DNA of 64,000 nucleotides. Source: Balanoglossus misakiensis. Its lineage: Eukaryota; Animalia; Hemichordata. Within the stretch, counting starts at the first letter, position 1. Each line of letters opens with the position of its first letter. Below the pieces are notes generated by a model. That model was not told the DNA's origin. It saw nothing but the letters and a program-made list of their open reading frames with translations, and made no database searches. The stretch spans positions 11,608,979 to 11,672,978 of the forward strand of contig CM082585.2 of NCBI GenBank assembly GCA_040954595.2, written 5' to 3'. Shown here one piece after another: positions 21,946-39,163 of the stretch. The translations under genes were made by a program, and so were the position numbers.

Positions 21946-24900
21946 ATGGCGGTGAGTAATGACTACAGGTTGTGGTGTACATTTGTACGACAACCGAACT
22001 TCAGAAGAGATTGGAGATATTACCGTGGTGTGAAGGTGGAAACGGGGAAATGGGATGGTGGGTTTGATGGGAGTAACTACTGTAGATGTTATAATTAAGT
22101 CCTAACACCCACAGATTCCCTGGTGATTGTGTATTGCAAGGTACATGTACATGTAGCCTGGATAGGCGTTTACAATACATGCCATCACTAACCCTGGAAC
22201 AGCTGAATGTGATGCCAGGTCATGCAGTGATTGATGTATTGTATTTGATGTGTTGGCACAGCCATGGAGTACATTAAGCTACTAGTAGTACCTCAAATGG
22301 TCTAGCCTAGAATCTATAACATTGCTTATTTTGGGTCACAAGTGGATTCTATGTGTATGGAGTGACCTAGCTTCAGCTCAGTAGCTCGAGGTTAAACCAA
22401 TAGGCAAAAACCTCGAGGTAATGAAGTGCAGCTAGGTGTGACCTAGCAAATGTGCAAATTAAAATCAACTGTAGAGATAGGCTCCAACCTTCCACTGCTA
22501 GATGTAATTGATGCTTGCAGGTTTGTTCTTCTGCTGTCACCTCTCTGCAAAAGAACAAGAGCAGAAAGAGGCAAACACCCAGCAAATGTAAAGGTGGCAC
22601 CTATCTCTACAACTGGTTTTTATGCATTCTAAAAATTAACTGCAAATTTTGAAACCAGGTGACATTTGTTATTCCGAACTGCGTGACTAAGCCCCTTTTG
22701 ATAATGGTATATTAGAAAACTGTATGCTCCTTTAGCAAGTGTGGTATTTGCATGTATTATTTTCAGTTTGCATGCAACATGTGGCCGGGATATTAGTGTT
22801 TACCATATTTATCCTATTGTGGATGGTTTTGTAAATTTACAGAGCTGTACAACAACTCTCTCATTATTAAGAAATCAGATGTTTCAACTTCTGGAGAAAA
22901 AACCTACATAATAAGAATTAAATAATTCTAACATTGACTGTTGTGAACAAAAAGTTGGGAGTTTTTTAATGCAGGGTATTTTTATGGCATAGACTATGAA
23001 TAGAAAAAGTACAGTAAATCTGTTTGGAACAACATCATAACATGTGTTACATACTGATCTGTTTATTTATGGGTCAGTGATTTATAAAATCAGCGTATTA
23101 TTAAAAGGAACGACACAGGTCCAGGTCATGGATTCCCTGATTTCTATCTCTTCTATTGGTTGGAAATCTGGTCAACATTGGAAAATGGGATAAACATAAG
23201 GACCAAAATGGCCAATTGATTCATTTTCTTAACCTTTGACCTTTACAGTCAGATACATGGGGAGACTGGGATGAGAAATTTCTATCGGAGGAAAAACACC
23301 AATTTGGAAAGATGAATGAAGAGAACAAAGAGGCAGTGTCACCGGGCGGAGAAGGGGCAACGAAAACCACCCCACAAAAATCAGGAAAGGTAAGGATGGA
23401 GATTTACAACGCATTTGCAAAGTTAGGTTTTCATCAGAATTTTTATACTACTCCATTTATGGCTGCTCAGTGTAATAAGTGTTGGTTTATTGCTGACCTC
23501 TGCAATATTATTTGTTTCTTCGTCCAGCTGGATTCCTTGTCAAGGGAAGATTTGATCAAGTATATCAAAAAACAACAGATACTGGTCCAGAAAATCAGAG
23601 CAAAATGTGATGGTAGGTGCATAGCAATGAAATCATCAAAAATTAAAGTGGAATGTGATTTCTTCATTTTACATCAGCAAGTTTTGCTTCTTCGTTACCC
23701 TTTATTTCAGCAAATACATTCAATTTTTTTTTACAGACTTAGCCAAAAAGAACACAGAACTGGAAAAGGATAAGAATGATAGCTCGAGTGCCGAGGGCCA
23801 AGGCAAAATTCAGGTGAGTTTGACAATGAAATGTATGATAAAGATTAACTGTTAGTGCATGTATGTGTTGTGTTAGTCTAGAGATTATCTGGTGATTTTC
23901 CCTGCAAATAGGAATGTCTATAGACTGCTATGAGAACCTCTAAGCAACTATTTCTGCATTGCAGGAGTTAGAGTCTGAACTTGCAGACTTGAGAGCTGAA
24001 CACAAAGAATTGATGGCCGCTTATAGTGGTGTCCAACTACAACAGGAAAATTCAGTGCAAATCCATGAGGTAAGAGAATGTTACATGCAGGCACATATAC
24101 CTTACATAAAGTATTGACAGAATAGGTGGCGGTTTTGAACAAATTAGACAGACATTGTCAAGTTCAGATTTGCAATGGATATTTCCCTAAGAAATCTAAT
24201 AAAGACTAATATTGATCTCCTTTGTAAAATAAAAAAATGATTCTAGGATCTACATAGTAAGGTCAGTGAATGGACAGAAAAGTTTACAAAAAGTGAAGAA
24301 GAAAAGAAAAAAATCCAGGAACAGTATAATGCTGAGGTGAAAAAGAATCAGGTGAGTTAGTCTGTGCTGGAATGAAAGAATGATACTGATTGGCTACTTG
24401 ACACCAACTGCTTGTTTAAATATCCAATTGTCTGCTGTTTTTTAAACTGGGTGATTTGAAGACTCTGTTGGTACCCAGCATGCATGTGAGAATCCCCTCT
24501 TCCCAACATAGGGTTGCAGCAAAAATAGTTCAATCTTTATGCTGTTGATAAAGTTGGGTTTGTGGGTAACCTTGGTGTGTGTTGGTATTAAGGTGGTTCC
24601 TTCCATGTTCCCTTGGTTATTAGAACATGGCAGAGCAGTTTGAGTGCATGAAGATGAAAGAGGAAACCATGGCAACCACATTCCAGTGTCTGCAAGAGGA
24701 GTGTCAGAAGCTGACTCAGGAGAAAAAAGTAATGCCTTTATTTACGACATACCGGTATTATCAAAAGAAAAAATTCAGAAACAAATGCATGTGTAAATCA
24801 ATGTTTATGCATGTTGAGACAGAATTGACCCTTGACCTTTGAACTTGTGGATCATTGCAGGACTTGAGTGATCAGGTCAGTGTTTTGACCGTGGCCAGAG

Positions 24901-27900
24901 ATGAAACCATGAAGGCTATGAAAGCGCTGAAGCAAGAGCAGCAGGGTAGCGACAGTGCCAGCGCTCAGCTGCAGGTCCAGATAGAAGCTCTGACAGCAGA
25001 AAGAGATATGGCCAAGTCTGAAGTACAACAAGCTGTGGAGAAGATTGCTGATCTGCAGGGGAAGTTGGAAGATGCAAAGTCTGGTGAAGAGAGACTCGAG
25101 GAGGAGAGTAACAAGTTGAGAGATGAGAACCAAGATTTGAAGTCAAAAGTTGAAGAGTTGACGGCCATCAGAGATGAGCTTGAAGGTCTCAAAGCAGGTG
25201 TGGGGCAGAAAGACGAGGAATGTGAAAGTTTGAGATCAGAAATGAAGAAACTGACAGAGAGTCATGAAAGCGTTAGAGGACTTAACGAGGAACTGAAATC
25301 ACAGATTAGTTTACTTATGAATGAAATGGAAGTTGTCATTGAGGAGCGGGACAAAGTCAAGCAAGAAATTGAAGCTGTCAAAACTGAACAACAGAAGATA
25401 GCGGAGGAGAAATCTGATATTGAAAAGAAGCTCGAAGAAGTGATGAATGAAAAGGAACAGGTTAATTCAGAGTTTGAGACTGTGAAATCTGAGAGAGATG
25501 ATTACAACAAAGCCCGGGAAGAACTGAGGAGTGAACTTGATTCAGTTCTGTCAGAAAAAGAGAGGTTGTCGGTGAGGTTGACAGAGATTCAACAAGACCA
25601 GGAGAGATCAAGCGGGGATTTAGAAGGAGAGTTAGAAAGAGTGCGTAACGAGAGGGATGGACTTTCTGCAGATGTTTCACGGTTGCAGTCAGAGAAAGAA
25701 GAGCTTGTCAAGGAATCTGAGAGTGTGAAGCAGGAGCATGAGAGCTTTGAAACTGAGATGAAAACCAAATTTGAATGTTTGCACGAAGAAATGGAGAAAA
25801 TGAAAACAGAGCTTGCAAGATTGAATGCAGAACGGGACGAGATTAGCAGAGAGTTGGAAGACTCCCAGGTTGAGAAGGAGAGGTCGGTCGATGAACTGAA
25901 AATTCAACTGGACAACTTGAAGACGGAGAAGGAAAATGTTGCATCAGAGCTGGAGAAAGTGATTGAAGACAGAGACAGGATGATGAAGAAGCTAGAAAGT
26001 GCCAACATAGGAGTTGAAACCACGGCGATGGAGCTGCAGAATGAAATGAAGAAAGTACAAGAGGAAAGAGATCAGCTGCATGTACAGACGGAGAAGTTGA
26101 TGGGAGATAACCAGAGGCTCTGTGATGAGATGGAAATGGCCACACATGAGCACAAGGGTGCTAGACACGACCTAGAGAATGAGTTAAGTGATGTGAAATT
26201 CGAGCGAGATGAGCTGAAAATCAAGATGGAGTCGCTGCAGGAGGAAAGGGCAAAGTGGACGGGAGAGATGGAGGTTGTCAGTCACGGTCTGGAGGAGGCC
26301 CTCAACGACATGCAAGGTAAACTTGAAGCAGCCAACAGCCAGGTAGGGCAGCTCACGTCACAGATTGAAAGTTTGGAAAAGGAGCGCGATCAACTCACAG
26401 GAAATTTACAGACACTGCAGAGGGATAATGAAAGCTCATCTGGTGAACTTCAAAATGAATTGCAGAAGGTCAGAGGTGAATTGCAGAGTGTTCAGGAAGC
26501 TCTGTCGGTCAAAGAGGCAAATCTTGAAAATGCCGAACAGCGGTTGAGAGATGCGATCCAAGAAAACAATGTTGTGAAAGAGAAACTGACAGGAGAGCTG
26601 CAGGGTGTGATTTGTGAAAGAGATGAGATGAGAAGCAAATTAGAAGAATTTGATCAACTTCGGTCTAAGTATGAGAATCTTCAGGAGCAACTGAAGTCGG
26701 CAGAAGAAGCAAAGGAACAATTGGAGGAAAGTTTCGGCGGACAGAATGCAGCGAGAGATGAGGAGCTTGGCAAACTGCAGACTGATGTCCAGAATCTGCA
26801 GGGTCAGCTTGGGTCAGTGGAGGAAAGAAACCAGCAACTACAGCAGCAGTTGGAGGAGAGTGTCAGCAAACAGAATGAGGTCAAAGGTGATCTGGAAGTG
26901 ATGTCAAAGGTCAAATCAGAGCTGGAGGAGCACTTGCAGAAATTGAAAGAAGACGTGGAGAAGGAGAGATCAGAATTCAGAGAAAAAATTGAAAGTTTAG
27001 AGTCGGAGAACAACCACTTGAAAAATGAGCTATCATCATTGAAAGACCAGAAACAGATGGCAAATGAAGAATTGCATACAGAGCTCACTAGAATCAGGGA
27101 AGAAAAAATCTCCTTAGCAACGGAGTTTGAGAATATTCAGAGGTCAAATGTCAACATGGAAGGAAGGTGCCAAGAACTGGAGAATAATCTTCAGACTTTA
27201 CAGGCAGAGAAAGTTGAAATGCTTAAGATCAAAGAAAAGTTAACTCAGGATGGAGAAGCTTGCACAGAGGAGCTGAAAAATAAAATTCAGAATTTAGAAA
27301 GTGAGAAGGACAAGATAACGGCAGATATGGCTGCTTTGAAAGAAGAATCTCAGAGGAAAGATGAGATGAATAATGAGATGAAGAAAGAACTCAGTAACCT
27401 AGCAACTGTGAGAGAAAACTTAACCTCCGAATTGGACTCACTTAGAGAGCAATATCAAAATAGCGATGAAAATAGCAGTAAACTCACAGAGGAGATCTCT
27501 GTTCTGAAGTCACAGACTGAACAGTTGGAAACTCTGAAACAGAATCTTGAAGCTGAGGTGGAAGCGAGTAAGAAAAGCCTACAAGAGAAAGAGGCGCAGC
27601 AACAGGAAGTGACATCACGGTTGGAGGAATCAAACAACAGACACGGAGAACTGACAGAACGTATTCACAAACTGGAAGAGGAGCTTGGAACAGTGCAAGA
27701 GAGACTTGCAAAAGTGACAGAGGAGAAAGATGGGCTGATGAAAGAATTGGAAATTGAGAAGGTGGGCAGAAAGAAAACAGAAGAGACTGTACAAAAGATG
27801 TCGGAAGAGAAGGGAGAAGAAGGGGCTTTAGAAAAGGAGCTGGGTAAGGACAAATCTCACTTAAGAAATTGAATCGTATTTGTCAGTATTTTACACACAG

Positions 27901-30900
27901 TAGATTGATACAGAAAGTGTTCATTTATGATGTAAAGCTAGAATTTATTTCAGTGTTTCCCCTACTTTCCACTTCAGCACAAACAAAGACCAAACTGCAA
28001 GAAACTGAAGAGAGGTTACAGAAGGTGAAAGCTGTTGCGGTGAAAGCCAAAAAAGAAATGACAGAAGCCAAGAAGCAGGTGAGACCCTAGTGCTGATTGG
28101 CTAAAAATGGCAGATCTGTCACTGTAGTTTATAGTTACCCAAAAGTCTTGTTACAATCATTTCTGGTTTCCATCTAACAGGTTTCCACACTGACAGAAGA
28201 GATGTCCACACTTATCGCAGAGAGAGATGAAATCCACCAGAAACTAGAAAATGTCGGCAAACAGTCGGAATCAAATATAAAACAGCACGTGGAAAGTTAT
28301 CAGGTAAAGATTTGTCATTTCATCTATTTTCTGACAGCTTTGATGGCACCAAATCAAATAAATCAATCTTATTATGATGTGATGTGATGTTTGTCTTTGC
28401 AGAGCTTGCAGAGAGAGTATGACAAACTTCATGATGATCTAGACAGCGAGAAAGAAGTCAGACAGGGTTTGGATAAACAGGTCCAGAATTTGGAGAAACA
28501 AATACAGGAATATACAGAACAAGTGAAGGTAAGTATGGAAATGCTGTCATCTTCGAAAAATGGAAAATCACAGAATTTTTTTTAGAGAGGGTGATCGTAT
28601 GATCCCTGCATGTGAAATTTATGGTTTATCTTTTCTTCCACGCAGACTTTGAATGAAGAATGCAGTAACGTCAAACAGAGTAGAAATGACATCAAAACCC
28701 ATTGCGAGGAGTTGGAAACGCTCAAAGAACAACTTCAGCAGTTCATCAGTGAACAAGAAAAAGAAAAATCACTGACTGAACGCGAACGTGAAGCTGAAAG
28801 GATGCAGAAGGAACGAAAAATAGAAGATCTGAACGAGGTATTTTTGTTGTTTATGTTTTATTAGTGCACATGTCATTTCTTACAAGATGTGTGATGAATT
28901 CTTTCATAGTGGTTTTCTAAAATAAAGTCCAGCGATGTGTGCGTATATTGGGACTCTATGAGTGAGAGACTTCTTGACACTGTCAATCTGAAATCAGCCA
29001 CTTCTTTCTGTATCTGTATTGTTATATAAAGTGTTGACTGAAACTTGTATTTCAGGCCAAAGCCAAGATCAGCAGCTTAGAAGAACAACTTGCAAAGCAG
29101 AAAGAAGAATATCAATCGACTGTGGTGCAGTTAGATCAAGCTCAAAAGGTGAGAGTATGTCAGAGGTAATAGCCACTCACCAGGACTGCCATGGAAGTGA
29201 GAACAAACAGACACAATCAGACACCCCAGAAAAGTATGTGTCAAGTCTAAGATTGAAATGTCTCTCCCTTACGTATACCTTTTTGATTACCTTCAGGAAG
29301 CATCCAACAGCAACCTCATGGATCTGGAAATTGCTGACTACGAAAGGAGCATTTCCGGCCTGAATGCTGCCATTGCTGAGAAAGAAACCAAGTTGACGGA
29401 CATGTCAAAGGAAGTGGAAAGACTGGAGAAGATCACGGAAAATCTACAGAAACAGATGGAAATGAAGGAAACACAGAGACAGCAGTCGGAAGAGAGGGGA
29501 AATAAACTGAAACAACTCTTGGTGAAAACTAAGAAAGATCTGGCTGATTCAAAGAAAGCTGTAAGTGTTTTATGAGTAAACTGTTATGTTTTCATTTTAA
29601 GTTGTCATATCATCTGTTAACATGTCACTGCTTCAACCAACATATTCTCCTATATTTCAACTGTGGTGCCCCTATCAAATGATTTTATTGTTTATTTCAG
29701 GAAACTGAACAGAAAAGTAGTGATGCAGCATTAAGAGGACAGTTAGAACATCTGACGCGTCAGTGTGAAGAATATAAAATGCAGATAGCAGATGTAGTCA
29801 CACAATCTCAAAAATATCAAGAACAGGTAAAAAATACACAACATAAACTTTCAAAATCTTGTCTCGCAAATAGATATCAATGTTTACCCAAAGACAGTTG
29901 TCTATAATCATGCAGTATTTCACAATCACTACATCGATTGACTTCTGTGTCTGATTTTGTCAGCTTTACTCATCGAATGAAGCTAATCTCCGCACCACAA
30001 GGTCTCTAGAAGCCAAGATTTCTGCTCTACAGCAAGATTTGGAAGGATCCAAGAAAGACCTCACTTCCTGTCAAGCAGAATATGAGAGTTACAAGGTAAC
30101 AAACCAACAAACATTTCAATATGGCTGCCAAAGAATTTCAGCATACCGGTATTCCTGTTACAAAATGTCAACCGAAGAAAAATTCTGTAATTTGGGAAAT
30201 TTTCCATTTCACAGGTGAGAGTACACTCTGTGTTAAAATCCCAGAGGAGAGATACTCCTCAGGTGAATTCAGAAGCTGAAAAACAAGAGAAAGACCGTCT
30301 CGAGAAAGTTGTTGAGCAGCTGAAGCACAAACTACAGGAAACCAAGTAAGTACTTGTGTCAAAGGGTGACATTTTTGTTTGTTTGTTTTGTTTCTCATCT
30401 TCAGCATCTCCACAAGGTTGATGGATTGTCAAACCATATAATTTTTTTCATGTTTGTTTGTTTGTAGCAATCACCTGACAGCTGCCTCCAATGAGTATGA
30501 ACTCTTACAAGAAGAACACGACAGGTTACTGCAGAGGCATAGTGACATGGTACAGGACAGTATCAGAAAAGAAGCAGTGTGGAAAGAAAGGTACTCTTAC
30601 ATTCACCTACAAAATATTATGTAAAGATATTTTTAATTCTGCAACATGGCATTTTGCACCACTGCATGCAGGGAAATCGGTCTTCCATCGTGAAAATCCT
30701 GACTGTGAATAATTTGTGTTTGCAGACAAGAGAGATATCACGTGGAACATCATTCTGTCAAGCTGGAAAACATAGAAACCATCCAACAACTGACATCACA
30801 GAATGAAGCACTGACGAAAACATTCAAGGTAGTACAATTCTGTAACTTACCTGAGAAATTATGCAAATACATTGAATATTGTTCAAATTCATGCAATGCT

Positions 30901-32385
30901 ACTCTGAATGGTGAAAGTCAAATGTTTCATTTCTTCCTATAGGAGCAAATGAAGGTCATGATGGATGACCACCACCGTGCCATGGAAAATTTACAGAAAC
31001 AGCTGGAAAGCTCAGAGAATGAATTGTATAGACTGCAACGGGAACAGCAACAACAACAGCAGCAACAACAACATGCTGCAGTGTATATGCAAATCAAAGA
31101 TAACCAACAGGAAGTGATGCAGCCCAAAGAGGAAAGAGAAGCTGGTGAGGTTAGTCTTTCAGAATAGAAATTCACTTTGAAATATCTCCATGTCAACACC
31201 AAGATGTAATCAACACTTTTATTAAACTTCTGATGTTTTGATTTTCCCTAGGGAATGGAACATCCAGACTCAGAATCAAACCTTCCACCGACTCCTGTTA
31301 CACCTGGTCCAACTGTTGTTCCTTTAGATCAGTTACTCAGTGGTAACAACGATGAAAAACAGAGCGTTACAAGCATCAGTACGAGCGCTGAGGAAGAGAA
31401 TCTTCGCCAGCAAGTGACGGCCGCAGCCAAAAAACTGGAACATTTTGCTGAGGTGTGTGAATGGGTGATTATGAGAGTCTATCCCATGTTAGTGATAATG
31501 CCAAAAGACAAGATATTAGCAAAACTGTGTGAAAAGTGCCACACCAGTAATTCTGTGTATATCTGTGTGCCTCTCTCTCTCTCTCTGTCTTTCTGTCTCC
31601 CTCCCTCCCTTCACCAAACAGATAACCAATGAGAATGAAGCAACCATTATGCGGCTGACAGAACAGGCCAAAGTGTTAAAGGATGAAATCCGGCGACTGG
31701 AAAGAAACCAACAGAGAGATAAATCTGTCTCCAATATGGAATATCTGAAAAATGTTCTCATGAAGGTAAGCAACAAAATATCATTGTAGTCCAGGTGTGT
31801 GAGATTCAGTGGAAATTATTCTTATCAGAGCTTGTACGCGAGTATGACAACATGACTTTGCAGTGGGTCTCAGTGTTGTAGGTCAGGGCTGGTGCTGTCA
31901 AAATATTGGTTTGAGTTGATTCCTAAAGTCTTCTTCTTTATTCTAATAATTTCTTAGTTCATGACACTACCACCTAGTGATGAAAAGCAGAGATTGATTC
32001 CTGTGATAACGACGATGCTGAAACTGAGTGCAGAAGAGAAGGACAAGATCGCAGAGATTGCACTGGGTGAGTTTGACTGCCAGACTAGTAGAGAGATGGG
32101 GAGAGACATGGGGGGGGGGGGGTGAACAGATGTGTACATAGACAGGCTCACAGGTCAGACACACACATACATACAGACGGACAGACAGACATAATTATCA
32201 GATTGGTCTTCACTTGTATTATTCAAATGAAAACTATCAAAGTACACAAATCTGTCCATGCAAAAGTCTTGTCATAAATTTTGATCTTTCTTTATTTCAT
32301 TTGAATCTCAGCTGAAGTTGGAGAAGAGACTGGTGGAGCTGGTTGGAGTGGTTACTTACATCGCTGGTCAGGAGGAATGGTTTAA
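21946..32385 (+). CDS. GCC2: GRIP and coiled-coil domain-containing protein 2 (GCC185 golgin), multi-exon, including one ~3 kb coiled-coil exon (~24861-27843)
   Basis: Micro first exon ATGGCG|GTGAGT splices in frame to 23249; KLDSLSREDLIKYIKKQ; MDLEIADYERSI; KLKQLLVKTKKDLAD; EYESYKVRVHSVLK; GRIP domain NMEYLKNVLMK|F..EKQRLIPVITTMLKLSAEE; C-terminal GWSGYLHRWSGGMV*. Confidence 0.92.
22366..22436. mobile_element. Short degenerate copy of the palindromic MITE also found at 55818-55926
   Basis: CCTAGCTTCAGCTCAGTAGCTCGAGGTT...AACCTCGAGGTAATGAAGTGCAGCTAGG. Confidence 0.55.
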
Positions 32386-33949
32386 TTGCAAAAAAAACCA
32401 GACATGTACTGGTGTGGTAGAAACATAGGTGTTTGAATAAAACATTGAACTAACCTTAACATTGAAGAAAATTTTGCTATATATTGTACTACATTTCTGA
32501 GTACTCCATGTTGTGGTGGATTTTTTAAAACTGCATAATGGAGAACGCTTTGAAAATCTTCTTAAGGGAGATCAAAGGTAACTTTGTTAGAGTTCATATT
32601 GACCCCAGAATATACTTAAAATTGTCTTTTGATGCCCAAGTCTCTGTCATTTCACTCAAGTCACCAGCATTATTGAATGTTTCCTAAATTTTGCAGAGGC
32701 ACTCTGAGATATGTTACTATCTCAAATCACATTTTGTAAGACGACATTGTTTGGGGGCTGGTTTTGCTTTTAATGTATCATTTTAGCTACCATTTTCCTT
32801 TCATTTTCAGTTTTAAGGGACATATTAATAATTTGGTTGAAACTTTTTTTTCTGTTTTCTTGAATTGTTATGTAGATTTACAGCCTACACTGCCACCAAC
32901 TCTAAAAAAGTTGGCAGTGCAGCTTTTTTGCGATGCCACATTGAATGCCTAGTGGTTAAAGTGAACATTATCTCTGCTACCCTCTAGTGTCAGGTGAAAG
33001 GAAACTCATTCACAGCAATATGAAATCTGATTGGTATTATTCTGATTGGCTATTGTGCTATTTTCTGATACGTGTATTAGAACTCAAGTGCATATACATG
33101 TATAGTGCAACTTCCAGAAATGTTATCTCCAGTACTCAGAGATATATTCAACATTTGTTAATGAATGTTATGGTTTATTTTTTTTGGAAAAATTAAACAT
33201 TCTTGCGTCAAGATCATGTGAAATATTTTTTGTTTCCAAGTGCAATAAAAAGGTCAGTGAAATGGGATATTGTTGTGTTCTTGTACATCACAAGGATACA
33301 TTTGCCTAGCCTTTAAATTTACAAACTTGGGGCAGTGTGGTGTGGATTTATCATATGGTGATACAAAAATTAAAACTCAAACATATTGAATAATGAATAT
33401 TTTATTTCAGGAAGAAGATCAACTGAACAGTCTTTTTACTTTTGTTTTGTCGCCATCAGACAAATTAAGGTGAACAACAAGGAACATGCTTATCTAAATT
33501 ATACTAAAAACTTGCCAAATAATAGTTCCTTTCCACCAACAGTACTAAGAGAATGAAGATAAAAGGTAAACGTTAAACTTCACCACTAAACAGTGTTTTT
33601 GCTAAAGGTAGGGGAACATGTAAATGTTTATAGGAACCCTGGAAATATTTGAGAACTCGTTTATATATAAATGCATTGATAAATTAAGGTAACTCTTGAT
33701 ATATTTACCAGGGTACCACCCTTAAGAAAAACACAGCCTAAAATCATCCAAAGGAGATCATGATTCTGATTGGTCCATCGAATGTGACAACTACAAACAC
33801 TAACCAATCAATATCTAAAAACAAAAAAATGCAGTGTCCTACAAATGATCACATTCAGTGATTCATCAGGTGTGAAACTTAAGAAACATTCTGATAAACA
33901 GTAAACTAAACTATTATATACACCACACAACTAAGTGGAAAGCTCTTGA

Positions 33950-35139
33950 TCACGACTTCTTAGAGAGAGCCACGCCAATTCCAACAAGACTTCCCAAGGC
34001 CAAAGCAGCACCACCAACTATAGCCATCCCCATCAAACCCTCTGTAAAATAAAACGAGAACTATTGTTGATTTTCATCTCTCATTCTCTCACTCCCTCAA
34101 ACAAGTCATCATTTTGATTTCAGCAACCAACATAACTTAAAAATAAAATACACAAACATCAATCCCCATTAAAGTCTTCCAGGTGTCACAGTCTCTATAT
34201 CTGAGATTTCACTCCACAGAACACAAAACATGTTTTCTTACCTCTGTTCATTTTCTTTTTAATGAGTGTTTCCAGTTCCTTTGCTTGGTGATTTTTCGGT
34301 TCGTTCTTCAGAATTGCACGGACATAATTCAGTGCTTTGGTATACTCCTGGAAAAGAGAGAACATGGTAAAAGTTTGAATGATTTAGATTGGCATTCAGA
34401 ATCATGTGCCTTGTGTATGCACAGGATGTCAAAACAGCAACCAATGAAAGTCAGTGATATTAAGAGTTGAACTCACTTAAAATTGGGTACACCACATGTG
34501 AAACCCAGTTACTCAAACACTGATAAAGGTCACAATGTCCAACTCACCTTTAACCTATAGTTACCAATAGCTAAATAGAATAGATAATCTCTCTGACTTT
34601 CATCATCTGCGCCAACATAAAGTTGTTCAAGTAGGGCAACACCTTTCTGCATATCCCTCAAATAACGGCTCCGTATCAGACACCAGGAATATTCAAAGGT
34701 GGCCTTTGCACTAACTTTCCCTTTGGCAGCCTCATCATTGTACTGCCTCTCAAATTTCTGGTGGTCAGACAAGAAAAATATTAGCATTAAACAGTTCTTG
34801 CATCCCACTATTAAAAAGGTGTGCACTTAAACATTTACACGGGGTACAACGAACAAAATCGTGAGTCATGTTCATGTGATCGATGACATTATAAGCGTTG
34901 CCATCACATTCATATAGACTGTGGTACATGTTAATATCCCAACCCAGCTGGTGCGATCCAGTAGGTGAAATTTATTTGGGGCTTTCGAAGTACGTCGTAC
35001 TGTCTCCCTTGGTAATCTCTGTAACCCATACTACTAGTACTTTATTTCAAGTTATCTTGCCTCGGGGCAATATATCCATCTGATATTTCCCTACCTTGAG
35101 ATCTTCTGGAGACACTACCTCTTCCACGACAGTCTCCAT
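33950..35139 (-). CDS. FIS1: Mitochondrial fission 1 protein; exons approx. 35095-35139, 34548-34757, 34221-34347, 33950-34041
   Basis: METVVEEVVSPEDLK|KFERQY...ATFEYSWCLIRSRY...QRDYLFYLAIGNYRLK|EY..AL......L..EP.N.QA; tail anchor GLMGMAIVGGAALALGSLVGIGVALSKKS*. Confidence 0.95.
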
Positions 35140-35830
35140 GTTGATTTCCTGGGTCACATGAGGTCATTACGCAAGCGTCATTCCAAACTTGCCTACGTAC
35201 GTAACATACGCCACCAACGACCCCACTCCAGCTTCGTTTCTCTTTTATAGTTCGGTAGGTTGGCATAGTCTCGCATTAACAAAAATTAATACGCCAAACA
35301 ACTGTGTCAAATGGTCGATTTGCTTGACACAGTTCATCAGGAGGGTTGGTCAGTTTTGTGATAGTGTATCTCTTAAAACATTCATATAAATTTTCCGTCA
35401 CTTCAGAGATTACTTCAAGTTTTATGCTAAGTATTTTCGATCTACTTTGTATACGCACATTAATAAAAATCTACCTGGGTTGCAACCACGCCCTATCAGA
35501 TGACACTACAAAATGGCGGCCATCTGTGTATAACTAGCTGGAAGTGAAGTCATCGAGGGTGCTGCGTTAAAATCCGGTCAAGTTGGAACTGTATCGCGCT
35601 ACCCTTTCCGGACATTTCAGTTTTCCACGTATGGGGTATCGGTGTATACGTATACCTTTGTAAACTGTGTTTAATTTGCTTAAATATATCTTGATACCGG
35701 GTATAAAAACAGAATCTGCTCGTGGAAGCCGCCTGTTGTGTAAAGTCCCGTGCCGATATCGACGTCGTGGTGTTTATGGTATCATTGCGAACGAGGGACC
35801 AAGTCTTTTGTCAGTCTCTGAATCCATAAA
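35140..35830. promoter_or_regulatory. Bidirectional promoter between FIS1 and the STK gene, with a YY1-like motif
   Basis: Divergent ATGs ~690 bp apart; CAAAATGGCGGC at 35509-35520. Confidence 0.55.

Positions 35831-39163
<3,333 letters not shown>

Noticed and set aside
24852-27853. Many antisense ORFs over the large GCC2 exon (and similarly over the RNF168 last exon)
   Set aside because: They are shadows of a biased-composition sense exon and show no domains.
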